64,000 bases of DNA from Macrostomum hystrix (lineage: Eukaryota; Animalia; Platyhelminthes). This document shows, piece after piece, positions 1 to 12,447 of the stretch. How positions within the stretch are numbered: position 1 is the first letter of the stretch; each line of letters opens with the position of its first letter. A program made the translations under genes and the position numbers. The stretch lies in NCBI GenBank assembly GCA_950097015.1, contig CATNEN010000003.1:1302001-1366000 (forward strand), read 5' to 3'. The notes beneath the pieces were generated by a model. That model searched no databases. It was given only the letters and a program-made list of their open reading frames with translations, and had not been told where the DNA came from.

Positions 1-806
1 TTTCTATTCAGGAGCTGCAGCAAGAAACGTGTGCAAAGGTCAGGGGTAATATTACACAAGCTCAAAAAACAGTTCATACCGTTGATGAATCCTTGGGGCA
101 TTCACCAATTCAAAATTTAAAGCGAATCATTAATCTCAACCTGCGGCTTCTCCACGTAGTCCCCATTCAGCTGGACACACCTCTGCCACCTTGAAAGCAT
201 GCGGTCAATTGCCTGGGCAAACACAGTTCAAGGCATTTCATGCAGGATGACGCGACCAGTGAAGTCTTCAATTTCACTGCGGTTCTTGAACACCCGGCCA
301 TGAAGAAGTTTCTTCATTTGTGGAAAGATGCCAAAATCGGCAGGGGCCAAGTCTGGCAAGTAGGGCAGATGAGGCACCAACTCAAAATTCAGCCAGTTGA
401 TCTGTGCCATCGTCTTTCTAGCAGTGTGTGGCCAAGCATTGGCATGGTGCAAAAAGCGCTTGGTAAGAATTATCTGCACTCAGATAAGCTTTATTAGCAT
501 TTCTGTTTTTTTCCATAAACACTGCCACGTCTTTCTGACAACTCAGTAGCACTAATTCAAAATGAAAATATCTAAAAATGGAGATGAAAAATCATTGCCA
601 TAAAGTTTTGAGCTTGTGTAACACTACCCCTGACCTTCGCGCACATTTCTTGCTGCAGCTCCTGAATAGAAAAATATATGAACATGATTCTAACTTTGTT
701 TTCTTTGCGACAAAATTTCCTTTCATTTGACACCATGGGCATGAAATTTCATGGCTCCGTTGAAGAGCTACCTTGGACATTCCAGGAACTTTTGGGACAC
801 CCCTCA
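1..806 (-). mobile_element. Internally deleted Tc1/mariner element with long TIRs (left end outside window), in intron 1 of the Rb-family gene
   Basis: Minus ORF 228-479 carries degenerate mariner C-terminal motifs (HANAWPH for HDNARPH; HLPYLPDLAPADF for HPPYSPDLAPSDF). Bases 1-67 are an inverted copy of ~606-673. The right end reads TA-TGAGGGGTGTCCCAAAAGT on the minus strand, mariner-like, with TA at 807-808. Confidence 0.85.
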
Positions 807-1315
807 TATGAATAGCTGTTTAAAAATTGGTTTAGTCACAGCAGCTACAAAAAACAACTTGCCTAATAAAAATAAAACAAAAATCTAATTAGGGGTGATT
901 GACTAACTAAACAACTATCTATAGTATATTTGTAATCTGATGTCAATGAGACAGAGTAGACTTGGTAAAGGCCTATATTCTATAATGTGTTAGCAGAGTA
1001 CAGACAAGCTAAATACAGTGTTAAATACAAAAATAGAATTGCTATAATACATCTCTTTAATTAAAAAATAAATTAGTATTGCATATAAATGCAAATTTTA
1101 AATAGCAGCTTTTAATGTAGGCCCTACAAAATATGTAAGCATAGGCTTTACTGCCTTTAGTTTTGAAAGAGCTACCTCCCTTAGTGATAATGCTAATAGC
1201 TTGGACTCTATTTGATTCATTTTATTTTTACACACAAAAATATGTAGGAGACTAATCAACAAAAACGCTGCTCTTACAATCTTAACTTTTTGTCCTTGTA
1301 AAATAGAATACTTAC

Positions 1316-1421
1316 TTCGATACTTCTCCCAAGCTTCAACTCTCTCAGAGTTTTGAAGGCAAAGTTCATCACAAAGTTCGTTAAAAGTTCGCTCTAACGG
1401 CTCCTCGTCTTCAAAGTCCAT
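1316..1421 (-). CDS. Retinoblastoma-family (p107/p130/RBF-like) protein, first coding exon; gene continues beyond the left edge
   Basis: MDFEDEEPLERTFNELCDELCLQNSERVEAWEKYR resembles the pocket-protein N-terminus (p130 RFDELCSRLNMDEAARAEAWDSYR, recalled). Strong donor A|GTAAGT at 1315. Confidence 0.7.
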
Positions 1422-1692
1422 ATTTGATTGAAATGTACTTAAATGGAATAAACACTAAATACGTACAGTTGCTATACAGCCTCGGAATTTTCAATAGAAC
1501 TTCTATAATTGTGGCACGGTGAAGAAAATTACAAAATGGCCTTTAACTGTTTTAAACAAATATAAACATAAAAATCTCTTTTCATTCTGTCCAAAAAATG
1601 TTAGCTTGAGTATTTAAATTAAACGGTTTTATTATTGATTTAAAATACAAAATTATCATACAATTTGAACTCGACATTATTTCGGCACAAAT

Positions 1693-2148
1693 CACCCGTG
1701 TTGACAGAGATAGGGTCTAAGAAAGGGTAATCGAACATGCGCGACGGTTGTCTAATGGGCAAATCAGAACATGTTATTTGTTCCGAGAACATGTTCTTTT
1801 TAATTAATAAGGCTTCGTAACGTAAAAAATATATATGTAGCTACGTGCTGAATGCGCCGTTGATAGAAAACTATATTGCTGGCTAATATGTACGTTAAGT
1901 GCTGGTGAACTAGGATATTACTAGACATAGTATGGTTTAACTCTGTCTTGTTTGTTGACCTCATGCCAAGGAAGGCATAGTTTTTTCTTCATTTTTTTAT
2001 CTTCACCTAGCGGTATTTAATATACATTAAGTAGCCTAGCTTATTAATTTAAAAGAACATGTTCTCGGAACAAAGAACATGTTCGGAGTTGCCTATTAGG
2101 CGACCGTCGCGCATGTTCGATGTGGCCTAAGAGTCGTCAACACGGCTG
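1693..2148. mobile_element. MITE with ~110-120 bp imperfect inverted arms and 7-bp TSD
   Basis: Termini CACCCGTGTTGAC / GTCAACACGGCTG; TSD CACAAAT at 1686-1692 and 2149-2155; inverted arms ~1693-1811 and ~2040-2148. Confidence 0.85.
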
Positions 2149-2869
2149 CACAAATACAAGATTTAATACTTACTTTTGGTTCATGACTGGACACGTCGTC
2201 ATCTAGCTGCTTTTTCGTCATCTTAGAATTCAGGGTTTGAAGTGGTTCAGGGATTCAGGGAATCAGAGATTCAGGGTTTGAAGGGGCCAGTATACGTTTC
2301 TTGATCCAGGTGAACCGGAGGGGGCCGGCACTGGCGCTGCCAATGGCAGCAGCCGGAGGGGCCGGGTTTTTAGCGAGAGCTTCAGTCACGCGGTTTCAAG
2401 GATGGCATTAGCATAGCAGAGGCCATAGCTGAAAGCAGCTGCGGGGTCTACTCGTGAGCGAGGTAAAAAACCTGATAGTGGCACCTTTCCCTCAGCGCCG
2501 AGGCCAGACGTACCTGATAGATCAGTTGGGGTTTGCCGGCGGGACACGCCCCGTTACCCAATTCGGCCAGAGGCCCTGGATGGGTTGTCCAGCGCTGTTG
2601 CCTGTTCTGTCCGGCTGCCCTAGTGACGTACGATTGAACTATTTTTTGCTGTTTACTAGCTCACATACAATAATAGTCCAGAACACGTCTGGGCCTTAAC
2701 GCTGTACTCCGTTGATCGTCATGCAATCGGAAATATATTATGCCCCCATATAGAGTACGGAATCGCAAAGAGAAAGAAGCATCCCCTCTTTGAACCTCTT
2801 TAACATTTTAGAACCTTAGCAAACTCTTAAATCAAAAGAATTAAACATTAGAATAACATATAGGGTCAG

Positions 2870-3300
2870 CATTGAACACTCGCAGTGCGTGTACCCATGG
2901 GTCAGCTGACGGGACACCGAGGAGGGATTCCTGGGCACCTGCTCAAAAAGCGACTGCATGCCTGCATGGTCTGGCTCAAACCTCACTGGCGCTTTGTGTG
3001 CCGCCTTGCGAGCCGGTAGCTACTCCGGCGACAAGCCAATGCGCGGATCCGTAGATCTGCTGCACAAAGTGGGCATTCCGGTGGTCCCGGAGCCCGCTTG
3101 CATGTTTGGGAGCGACTTCCGCCCGTTCGACAGAGTCACTGTGCTTTTAGCATGGAACGCGACTGTCACTCACCCCTGAGCCCCAAGCCATCTGCACGCC
3201 TCTGCTGTCGCCCCTCATGCCGCTGCAGCTGAGCCGTGGCGCTCAAAGTCGCCAAGTACGCTGACCTCAACGCAGATCCTGCCGCTAGGCTTGGAGACGC
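2870..3300 (+). mobile_element. Degenerate non-LTR retrotransposon fragment (CRE/RLE-type endonuclease region)
   Basis: VGIPVVPEPACMFGSDFRPFDRVTVLLAWNATVTHP followed by AVALKVAKYADL resembles the RLE motif pattern GIP..EP.GL...DGKRPDG.T....WD.TV....K..KY..L; disrupted. Confidence 0.5.
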
Positions 3301-4435
3301 TTGGTGCGTTGGGCGTCCTGTCCACAGACTGTTTAATTTGCAATATTTTTTTAAGTTAGCAAGCACCAGGGTAAGAGAAAGCGCCAAGTCCTGCAGCAAA
3401 ATTTAAGCTTTTGAGTAGAACTAGACGCAAGGCCTAGAAATACTAAGAAAGTGCAGCGTTTTTAACTGCTGGACTTGATGGACTTGGTTCGTGTGTTCAA
3501 ATCAGAAGCCGAGCACAACGTCAAGCGAACAGACCTAACACATTTTAAAACTTTGGAAGATTGTCAATAGCAAAAGCCAAAAGTCTAAAAATTCTTAGAA
3601 GATGGGCAATAAACCTTCTCGAAAGCAGAAGCAACACCTGAAATTAACACAATTCTTCAATATTTTAATTGACTAAGCGACTTGAACCAGCCTCCAACTT
3701 TTTTGCCATGATTCGGCTCGTTTCGCGTCTCGCGTCTTAATTGTACCGTTCAGCAGTGTTTTGTTATATTAGATAGGCGAATGCAGATCACTATATATAG
3801 GTGCATGGTGTTGATCACCAATTTCCCCGATTGTCCTATCATGATATACGAGCGTATTTTGCGGTAGCTCGCCCATTTCAAGCATCTCTGGTCCTCGATC
3901 TCTAACGTTATCGCTAAACCTGTCTATGTACGAGTGTATACGAGCGTATTTTGTGGAAATTTCTGAGTACGATACGAGAATTATATTGTTGCAACTTCTG
4001 TCTAGAATGCATTGTTGCAATAATGAGTTTTCTGATCGTAGGTCATATTTCTAGTTCTGATTTTATTTCACATGTTTAACTACCAAAATAAAAGTAGCTC
4101 ACTGTGGTACTGATTGAGAATTAATTTTTAAGCAGATGTAACTTTTTGCTTTCAGTAATTATTTTGCGCTTATTGTAATTTTTTAAATAAAAATGACTAC
4201 TTTCAAACGACAAGCCAGGTTTAGCAGCTGATCATTGTGCAGCTTGCGCGGAGTAAAAAATAATTTAGCGCAGAGACATATATTTTGTTATAAAATATTA
4301 CGAGCCTGGCATGCTTGAGATTTGTAACGGAAATAAGTCAGTTTTTTAGAGGAGATTTTAAGCGCCTTGCTTTTTTCAGCGCATTTTCAAACAGAAAAAG
4401 ATTTGGCTTGGCCAGCCAAGATGTCAGCGCAAAGT

Positions 4436-4789
4436 CTACATCGCAGGCATCAGCATCGCTAGCAGCATCAACGTCCAACCCAGAATTACGGATCCGAACG
4501 GCAAAGTCTGCCGCGAAGCAGCCGACGCATTGGTATCTGCATCCTGCTTGGCTGCACCCGAAGCAGTCGGGGCTGCACCCGCAGCAGTCATGTTTTTAGC
4601 TGGAGCAGTCATGGTTGCAGCCTCAGCAGTCATGGTTGCAGCCTCAGCAGTCATGGTTGCAGCCTCAGCAGTCGTGGTTTCAGCCTCAGCAGTCGTGGTT
4701 GTACCCTCAGCAGTTGGGACTGCAGCCGCCAGCTGAATGCCTCCAAGTACAAGTAACACACCAACAATAACCTGCTTCATAGTCGTCAT
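4436..4789 (-). CDS. Small single-exon secreted, probably GPI-anchored Thr/Ala-rich (mucin-like) protein, 117 aa
   Basis: Signal peptide (MKQVIVGVLLVLGGIQLAAA), 7-aa TAEAATM-type repeats (21-bp unit), small-residue omega region NAS/AAS, C-terminal hydrophobic tail VILGWTLMLLAMLMPAM. Confidence 0.7.
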   Translation of the reverse strand: MTTMKQVIVGVLLVLGGIQLAAAVPTAEGTTTTAEAETTTAEAATMTAEAATMTAEAATMTAPAKNMTAAGAAPTASGAAKQDADTNASAASRQTLPFGSVILGWTLMLLAMLMPAM

Positions 4790-5472
4790 GATTGCCGTGG
4801 TTCGATTCCGAACGGCCTAGTTAGACTTGGTCGATTAGCTGTCAGGTGGCAGTTGTTCAAATGCAGTCAATTCTTGGTCCGATTTGCAACGGCTAGTCGA
4901 GCGTTGTCAGTTGTTGGATTTGATTATTATTTTCGGGCCGCTGTATTTCTAAATGCTGCAGAAAATACAGGTCCGAGCCGGCTCGGTCTATGGCAGCGCT
5001 CGCTGACACACGGTACCCGCCTTTTGTCTATGTCAAATTTCAGCTTTACTTAGCTTATTTACTGCATGACTTTTCTGAGATGAACTTTTCGGTTGTACTA
5101 TTAGAAAACTCCCTGGCTTACGGTTTTCTCTCTAAAAATAAGTATTGTACTTTACAAGCATTGAATGTATGTTTCCCATGGGCCAATATTTGACAGACTT
5201 TTCAGACAGCCAGGTTAACGAAAACGAATTACTTTTCTTCAAGAATATCAAATCGTTTTTTCTCTGATTCCTTTGCACCTCAGATTCCACATCCTATACC
5301 ACAGATCCCATATCCCTGAAAATACATTCAATATGGGATACCGCGGATCCTATATCTCATACGACAGACCACAGGAAGCACAAATTTTTTATAGTTTTCG
5401 TATGCATTGACAAAAAGCAGGTTACATTTACAACAGTATGCTATATATTTTTTTGCTATGTACGGTATTAAT

Positions 5473-7282
5473 TGTCACCTGTTAGATACGGTATTGTCAC
5501 CTGTTAGACACGGTACTGTCACCTGTTAGACACGGTACTGTCACCTGTTAGATACGGTACTGTCACCTGTTAGATACGGTACTGTCACCTGTTAGATACG
5601 GTATTGTCACCTGTTAGATACGGTACTGTCACCTGTTAGATACGGTATTGTCACCTGTTAGACACGGTACTGTCACCTGTTAGCTAGATACGGTACTGTC
5701 ACCTGTTAGACACGGTACTGTCACCTGTTAGACACGGTACTGTCACCTGTTAGATACGGTACTGTCACCTGTTAGATACGGTACTGTCACCTGTTAGATA
5801 CGGTATTGTCACCTGTTAGATACGGTATTGTCACCTGTTAGATACGGTATTGTCACCTGTTAGACACGGTACTGTCACCTGTTAGATACGATATTGTCAC
5901 CTGTTAGACACGGTATACTGTCACCTGTTAGATACGGTACTGTAACCTTTTAAACACGGTTACTTTCACATGTCAGACACTGTAATGTCACCTGTTAGAC
6001 ACGGTATTGTCACCTGTTAGACACGGTATTGGCACCTGTTAGACACGGTATTGGCACCTGTTAGACACGGTATTGGCACCTGTTAGACACGGTATTAGCA
6101 CCTGTTAGACACGGTATTGGCACCTATGACTTAGAAATCTGAAGGGAATTTAAGCGAGCGTTAGTTGGAAACTAAAACTAAAAATAGCAACAGCAGAGAG
6201 GGCGAGCAACTGAAAGGAGAATGATTAGACAAAACCCGCTCTGAGATCAATTAATCATTTCAGCACAAACCCGGCTCGGCAGGGCAGCAGCGGTGCCGAC
6301 GTAAAGCTGCCTGAGACCGGATCCGCAGCTGTGCTGACGTGGAACGACCCGAGACCGGACCTGCAGCTGCGCTGACGTGGAGCTGCTGGTATCAACTCGG
6401 CCTGTCCCGACCCACAGTTGCCTGCATCGACCCAACCCAGCCGAAACTGGAGCCGCCCGGACCCGATCGGGAACGAGATCTGGAGGAGCCCGGGACCGCA
6501 CAAGAAGACGGGATCGATGAAAGGAAAGGGGATAACGAACAGTAGGAAAGAGATCTCAGTAGAAGGGGGAACGCATCCTAACTCAGCTAAGGCATTTTAA
6601 GACTTTTACCCACCCTCCATAGGAGAGGGGTTGGTGTGCCTGCCAACCAACTAGTATAATGATAATGACTGAAATAGACTAGAGGCTGCGACCTCAACCC
6701 ACATAAATTCTCTCGCCATTCTCTCGCCAAATGTTGCTACGGTATTGCCTCCCCTCGGATCGAGGGGTTTTAAAGATACTATATATATCGGTGCGGAGCG
6801 CGGAAAAAGATCCACCACGCGAGTTAGTTAGAGACTCACTTTGAGCTCCGTTTAGATAAGCTAGAAAATCATTGTGTTTGCGTTCTTTCTTAAGTAGAAT
6901 CAGCGATAACGATCTAGAGAGATCACTACGACCAGCCGGTATACTGAGTATCGATAGTCGTTAGGAGTTATAGCCTTCAAGTCTTTTAGACTGCAATAAA
7001 CCGCTAGACAAATAATAGGAAAACTACAAGTGAAGAAGAAGAAACAGTAAAACTTGAAGCGCTATAGCACCTGTTAGACACGGTACTGTCACCTGTTAGA
7101 CACGGTATTGGCACCTGTTAGACACGGTACTGTCACCTGTTAGACACGGTATTGGCACCTGTTAGACACGGTATTGTCACCTGTTAGACACGGTATTGGC
7201 ACCTGTTAGACACGGTATTGTCAACTGTTAGACACGGTATTGGCACCTGTTAGACACTGTAATGTCTCCTGTTAGACATGGT
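5473..7282 (+). repeat. 22-bp minisatellite (TGTCACCTGTTAGAYACGGTAY)n, interrupted by an insertion at 6125-7066
   Basis: Tandem units at 5473-6124 and 7067-7282. Confidence 0.95.
6125..7066 (+). mobile_element. Solo-LTR-like insertion (942 bp) with 5-bp TSD
   Basis: TSD GCACC at 6120-6124 and 7067-7071; termini TATGAC...GCTATA; TATA-like run at ~6779 and AATAAA at ~6996 in LTR-like order. Confidence 0.65.
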
Positions 7283-7654
7283 AAACATTAGGTAGACGTT
7301 TTGCAACTCAACCATTGAGTAGACTTTTCTGCCAGGCAAGCATATCTGTAGTCAACAGTCTCAGCTTTGTAGCAGTTCGGCTTGACAGCGCTGCAGATGA
7401 CAGACAGTCCGTCAGATCTCTGGACGAGCTGCAGCTGTAGCAGCTGAGCGCTGCTTGTTGGGCGCGTGCCAAATGCACTTTATGAGAAATTTGGGAGGAC
7501 TGTGGGATCTGACACATCGTTTGGAAACAGGCAAGGCTCCCCAAGACTAGGGAGAAACACGAAAAATACAGGATCAGAGACGTTTGACTCACCAAAGGAC
7601 AAGATGAAGCCGATAATTTAGTTACTGCAAATCATGGCCATGCAAAAGGGTATT

Positions 7655-7726
7655 TGAGTCGGGTTTCGAACCTCGCGCTGGCAGATCGAGACCGGTTTCT
7701 GGCTTGTTTGCCTTCGTCAGTCAGCC
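7655..7726 (-). ncRNA. Minimal type I hammerhead-ribozyme-like motif followed by a Pol III B box
   Basis: Minus strand GGCTGA-CTGACGA-AGGC-AAACAA-GCCA-GAAA-CCGG-TC-TCGATC, then GGTTCGAAACCC. Core CUGANGA, GAAA and GUC are present; helix II closes with a non-canonical A-A. Confidence 0.5.
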
Positions 7727-10354
7727 ATAGCCACACGCCGTCCTCTCTCCCACCACTCTTAGTGTGCACAGAAGTAGCTCGATCTTTTTAGCTTGCCATT
7801 TTTATGGCGATACTTTTTAGTGTCGTGTGAGAGTTTTGCAGCCAAGTCTTTGCTTTTCTACTGTTGTCAGTAGTCTGAATTGTATCTCTCACAGTAAATC
7901 TCATTATCGCTTAATCACTTTACTACTCATTGTAAATGTATTAATTTAGACCCTTCTCCTTGACTGACTGCATGCGTTGGACATCTTGGGTAAAAAGAAT
8001 GTATACAGACATGATCGAGCTGTCTCACGAGAGACACTGGACCAGAAAAAATGTTTTATCTGGCAAAAGCTTTCTTAGTTATTTTGAGCAAGGCAACTGA
8101 AGGACCGCCAGATGATCGGTAGGGCGGCCCGGACGGGACATATCGTTTCTTTCTGAGGGCTGACTTTTCTTAAAAAGTGCACTAGCGTTTCAGGGAAATT
8201 TGATTTTTTCCCACTAAAATAGCTATAACTTTTTATTCAAAGATTTAAAGATGTACGGTCTTCGTACATTTGTTTTACCTTTTACATTTTCTAGGATAAT
8301 TTAAATGCCGTTTTGTGCAGGTATTGGACCGAATCAATCGAAATCGAAATCAAAGTATCATGTACGTAGCCTTGTAGCTTTCTTGTTGTTTTCATTATTT
8401 TTTAGATTACTATGATTTCCCCAGTCAGTATACAAACGTACCAATTAACTGTACAGTGTTATACCTATCACTTTTCTTTTACGGTATGAATGTAAATTTG
8501 ATAAAATTATATAAATGAGTTAAAAATATTTGTCATATCCTGGAACTGGAACACTGAGCACTCAAAGTTTGCCCTCAGTTTCCGTATACTGTACGCATCG
8601 GCAGCTATAAACACTGTAGTTTCTATTGATGCTTAAAGAACTGACCTAACTTTAGCAATGAGATTCACCAATTGGCTGGATGACAAAGTGTCCACTTTAT
8701 ATAAACAAAACAAATTTTTAGCAACTTAAATTTTTCCTTACTGTTAGTCTTAGCATTTTTTCATTTCAAAGTTGCTACACTTGTTGGGCCTACCGATTTT
8801 TAGTAGACTTGAGTCAAGATCTCTACTTTGTCAATTTATTATTAGATTTCTCATTGTATGCTTGCTATTTACAATGGACTGTATCAATAAGTTTCTCATT
8901 TTAGTCATTATTTGGATAGAACTAAATGTGTTATACTTCTGTTTAAAAATATCTTTTAAGATTTGGTATTAATGATTAATAATAAAAATTTCAGGCCCTA
9001 ATTATCTTCAAATGAATTTATTTGGTTCATGTGTTGTAGGGCTATCTTTCTTACTAAACTCTCAATTCTAATAATGCCACTAAAGTTATTGCAGGGTTAT
9101 TTTACATTAGTTTGTATCTAAGTATCTTTCTGAATATTATTAAAGTTGTCGTAGTGCTTATACACTTTCTTCAAATACTGCCTTTATATCAGTCTTATGA
9201 ATGTCTTTAATTATGCACTTCTTATTTCAATTCAAATTGGTAGCATTAATGTATTTAATCTGGTAGCATTATATGTATTTAATCTGGTAACATTATATGG
9301 GGTAAATATGGCCAATATTTATCCTCTCTATTTACTTTTACTTATAACCTTGCTGTATTATTTACTACAAATACTCTTTATAGATCTTAATCCGTCTTTT
9401 ATCAGTCTTTATCACTCTTTATCCATTTTTAACAGTCTTCAATTACTCTTTAATCAATCTTCAATTCAATCTTTAGTTTATCTTGGGATTTTACCAGTGG
9501 ATCTAGATTTACAGCTCTCCTTTACTCTGCTTACTTTTCTTTTGTAATGTCTCTTTCAAATAACTTAAACACAAACACTTCAAGATTAAAGATTTCTTTA
9601 TTCTGAATTCTATCTCTAACAACCTGGTTAATTTCTTCTCTTTTTTGCTTGTGTGTATATTTACTAAAACTTCTCCTCCTCACCTCTGCAACTTCAATAA
9701 AACCTTTTATGTTCAGTGCGATTAAACAAATTAGTACATTCAAACAAATTTTATGTAAAGTTAAACAAAATACTAAATTTTTGTAGGAAATGGTTTCTAG
9801 AAATTGTACAAACAGGGCCCTATCTCACATGTAAAATTGTAAGTCTACAGGCAAAATATTTTGTGAAATAAAAAAATGAACTGATCATACACTTTGTTGT
9901 TTGACAAAAGAAAGGGTAAGGAAAGACAAATCAGTGAAAGCTTAAGTAGCTATGTTTTTAGACTAAAAATAGTTAATACTAGGGTTAAAACCTTTAGATC
10001 TAGAACAAGGCATAGAAAAAATGTGGGCTAGAAAAGAATATCTAAGTATGTACTAGGTCTACCTTTTTTTCTGTACAACTGTGATTTTATTCCCACTGAT
10101 GCCAATAAATTTGTCTTTGTGCTTCACCCTTTGATTATTACTCAAAAGATGTGATGTCACCAAAGTTTGCTAGGTTTTAATTTCTCTTCTAACTTAATTT
10201 TTTCAATGTCACCTAAGTTGTTGCCATTATTATTTTTATTATCCTTTCAAAGTTGTTATAGATGTATTTTGATATAATTTTTAAGCAATTAGTTTGGTAC
10301 CATATTTTTGATATTCTGGCCAAATACTTTATGGCATGTATGTGTTGTACCGGT

Positions 10355-10717
10355 AGAGGGTTGGTGGCAGAGTGGTTAACGCATTTGCCACTAGCGCCAC
10401 AGTCCCTAAGTTCGATTCCACAGCGAGGCCACATTTATTTGGGGCGCAGCCACGGAGAGAAGGCTTGGGGGCTTGTCGTTTAATTTACGCCCTTGAGGGC
10501 CAACCTCCAAGGCACAGTTCGAGTGTACACTGCCTGACGATGAGAGAGTCAGGGCAGATGTACACACCTGTGTGAGCGTATGCCTGCGTACGGAATCTGT
10601 GTGCGTGTGTGCTAAGGAGTCAGCAAAATTGGCAGAATTGCCTCCTTGCTGGCTGCAGGTCTAGTGTTACCAAACTATGTGTCATTGCCCGCAGCCCTCC
10701 TGCAATTATTATTATTA
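10355..10717 (+). mobile_element. tRNA-derived SINE, family A, full length
   Basis: A box TGGCAGAGTGG, B box AGTTCGATTCC, (ATT)n tail, 12-bp TSD TGTTGTACYGGT (10343-10354 / 10718-10729). Confidence 0.9.
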
Positions 10718-12447
10718 TGTTGTACTGGTTGTCCTGCTAACAATGCGGGATCTGGCGGACTCCAATATGAAGTCAAAGAGTACTAAGTAGTATAGTAGTA
10801 GCACTGCCACCAGGGCATTAGGACTTCTGCCTTTGGTGAGGTGAAGGTTCCTTGGTCCGAAAGAGATGAAGTCACGAAGTCTTGAGAAGTGCAGAGTTCC
10901 AGTCACAGTTAAAGGCTGTCAGAGTCCTGCATAGCTTGGGTAGTGGTGGGAGGCTAAGTTAGTTTTGGGACTTAGCCAGAACTGAGCTTGCGAGTAGTCA
11001 CACGCAGAGACTGAAGTGGGGAACTTAGACACTGATGGCACCATACTCTAGGTAAGAGAGAGTGACTATAACAAGGTCAGAATATCACTAGCAGAAAGGA
11101 ACCTTTGAGAACCAGAGGAGTGGGGCTTTCTTTTATAGGCAAGGGCCTCCCATAGGGTCAGTGAAATGGAATGGAACCAGTGATGGAATCACATGGTTTC
11201 TAAAATTAGCAACAGATGTCAGTGGTGCCAGGAATGTCACTCCTATGTAGGCTCCTGTCCCATAATCAAAGCCCTAAGTGCAGTAAACATGTTTACATGT
11301 AACTTTAAAAGACAAAGAGAGAGGCCAGTCACATGAGGAGAATCACGTGCTGACTGAGGGCAGACAAGCACACCCAAAGAAAGAGGGACGGGGAACAGCG
11401 AAGCTAGCGTGGGACAAAGAGGTGATGACTCATCCCTGGGGTAGTGACAACACACTCAAAGTGCAGGCTTAGCCGGGGAAGGGCAGGGCAGAGAGGGACA
11501 GACCAGACAACTCCAGAGAGGGTCGGCTGGGCAGCCACTCAGTGCCAGCAAAAGGGACACCTAAGCTACCTTGCAGGTGGGGCTACTGACAGCTAGTGAG
11601 ACACCAATAGGCCCCTAAGCTGTGGCTCACTACGTATGTAATTCTGAGTATTGGCTGTTCCAAAGAGTGTTACCAAAGATCTCAAGTTTATAGCAATACT
11701 TTTTACTTCTGTCTTGAATTCTCTTAGTATTTATCTCCATGATATGTTTTATAAAGAATGTAAGAACACTTCTTAGTATTGTATACAAAATTTGTATCAA
11801 ACTAGGTTGTACAAAGTTGAGGTTTTCCCTTAATTCTGCTCCTGTTTTTTACCAAAATGTCTGGATTTAAAAAATAATTATAGTGTATTCAAACAGTGTA
11901 TTTTCAAGTTAAAACAAATATGTTTAATTTGCACATATTTAAACTGAATATTTACAAAAAGGTTGCAGATTTGGTAGGTTCATTAGTTTTTTATGTGGCC
12001 TATATCTTTTTTGGATTTGGATTTGGTAGATCTAACAATTTTTAGACAGTTTTGTCTGTCTAACTTCTAAGTAAAGTCTTTATAACAATGATGCCACCAA
12101 AGTTATCCTAGGGTTAAGAACTATTCTAATTTTATTTTTAAAATGCCATCAAAGTTGTTGTAGTTCTCTTTTTTAATATCCTACAAAAGTTTTTACAGAT
12201 GTATTTTAAAATAATGTCCTATAAGTACCTATAAAAGTAAATGATTTTTTGTGTAGTATCAGATTCTTACAATCTTGTTTTAATTATTTCCAACTATAAT
12301 AAAATATAAACACCTACTGTATATTTCTTCTTACAGCCAGCCAAGGCCAACTTCAAAGTTGTGAACGCTAGGCTTCTGGTTGTGCTAAAGACAGAGACTA
12401 TCAATAAAATTTGGCTGTTCTAAGCAAAATTCAGCAGATACTGCAAA

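Noticed and set aside
5473-6124. Common origin of this 22-bp unit and the SINE-born 22-bp unit
   Set aside because: They share only CACCTGTYAG (about half the positions); insufficient.
7308-7595. Ly6/three-finger-like LSCYSC motif ORF
   Set aside because: Remaining cysteine pattern, an ATG start and convincing splice sites not found; unresolved.
10730-11640. GC-richer segment, possibly a decayed retroelement
   Set aside because: No recognisable protein motif or termini.
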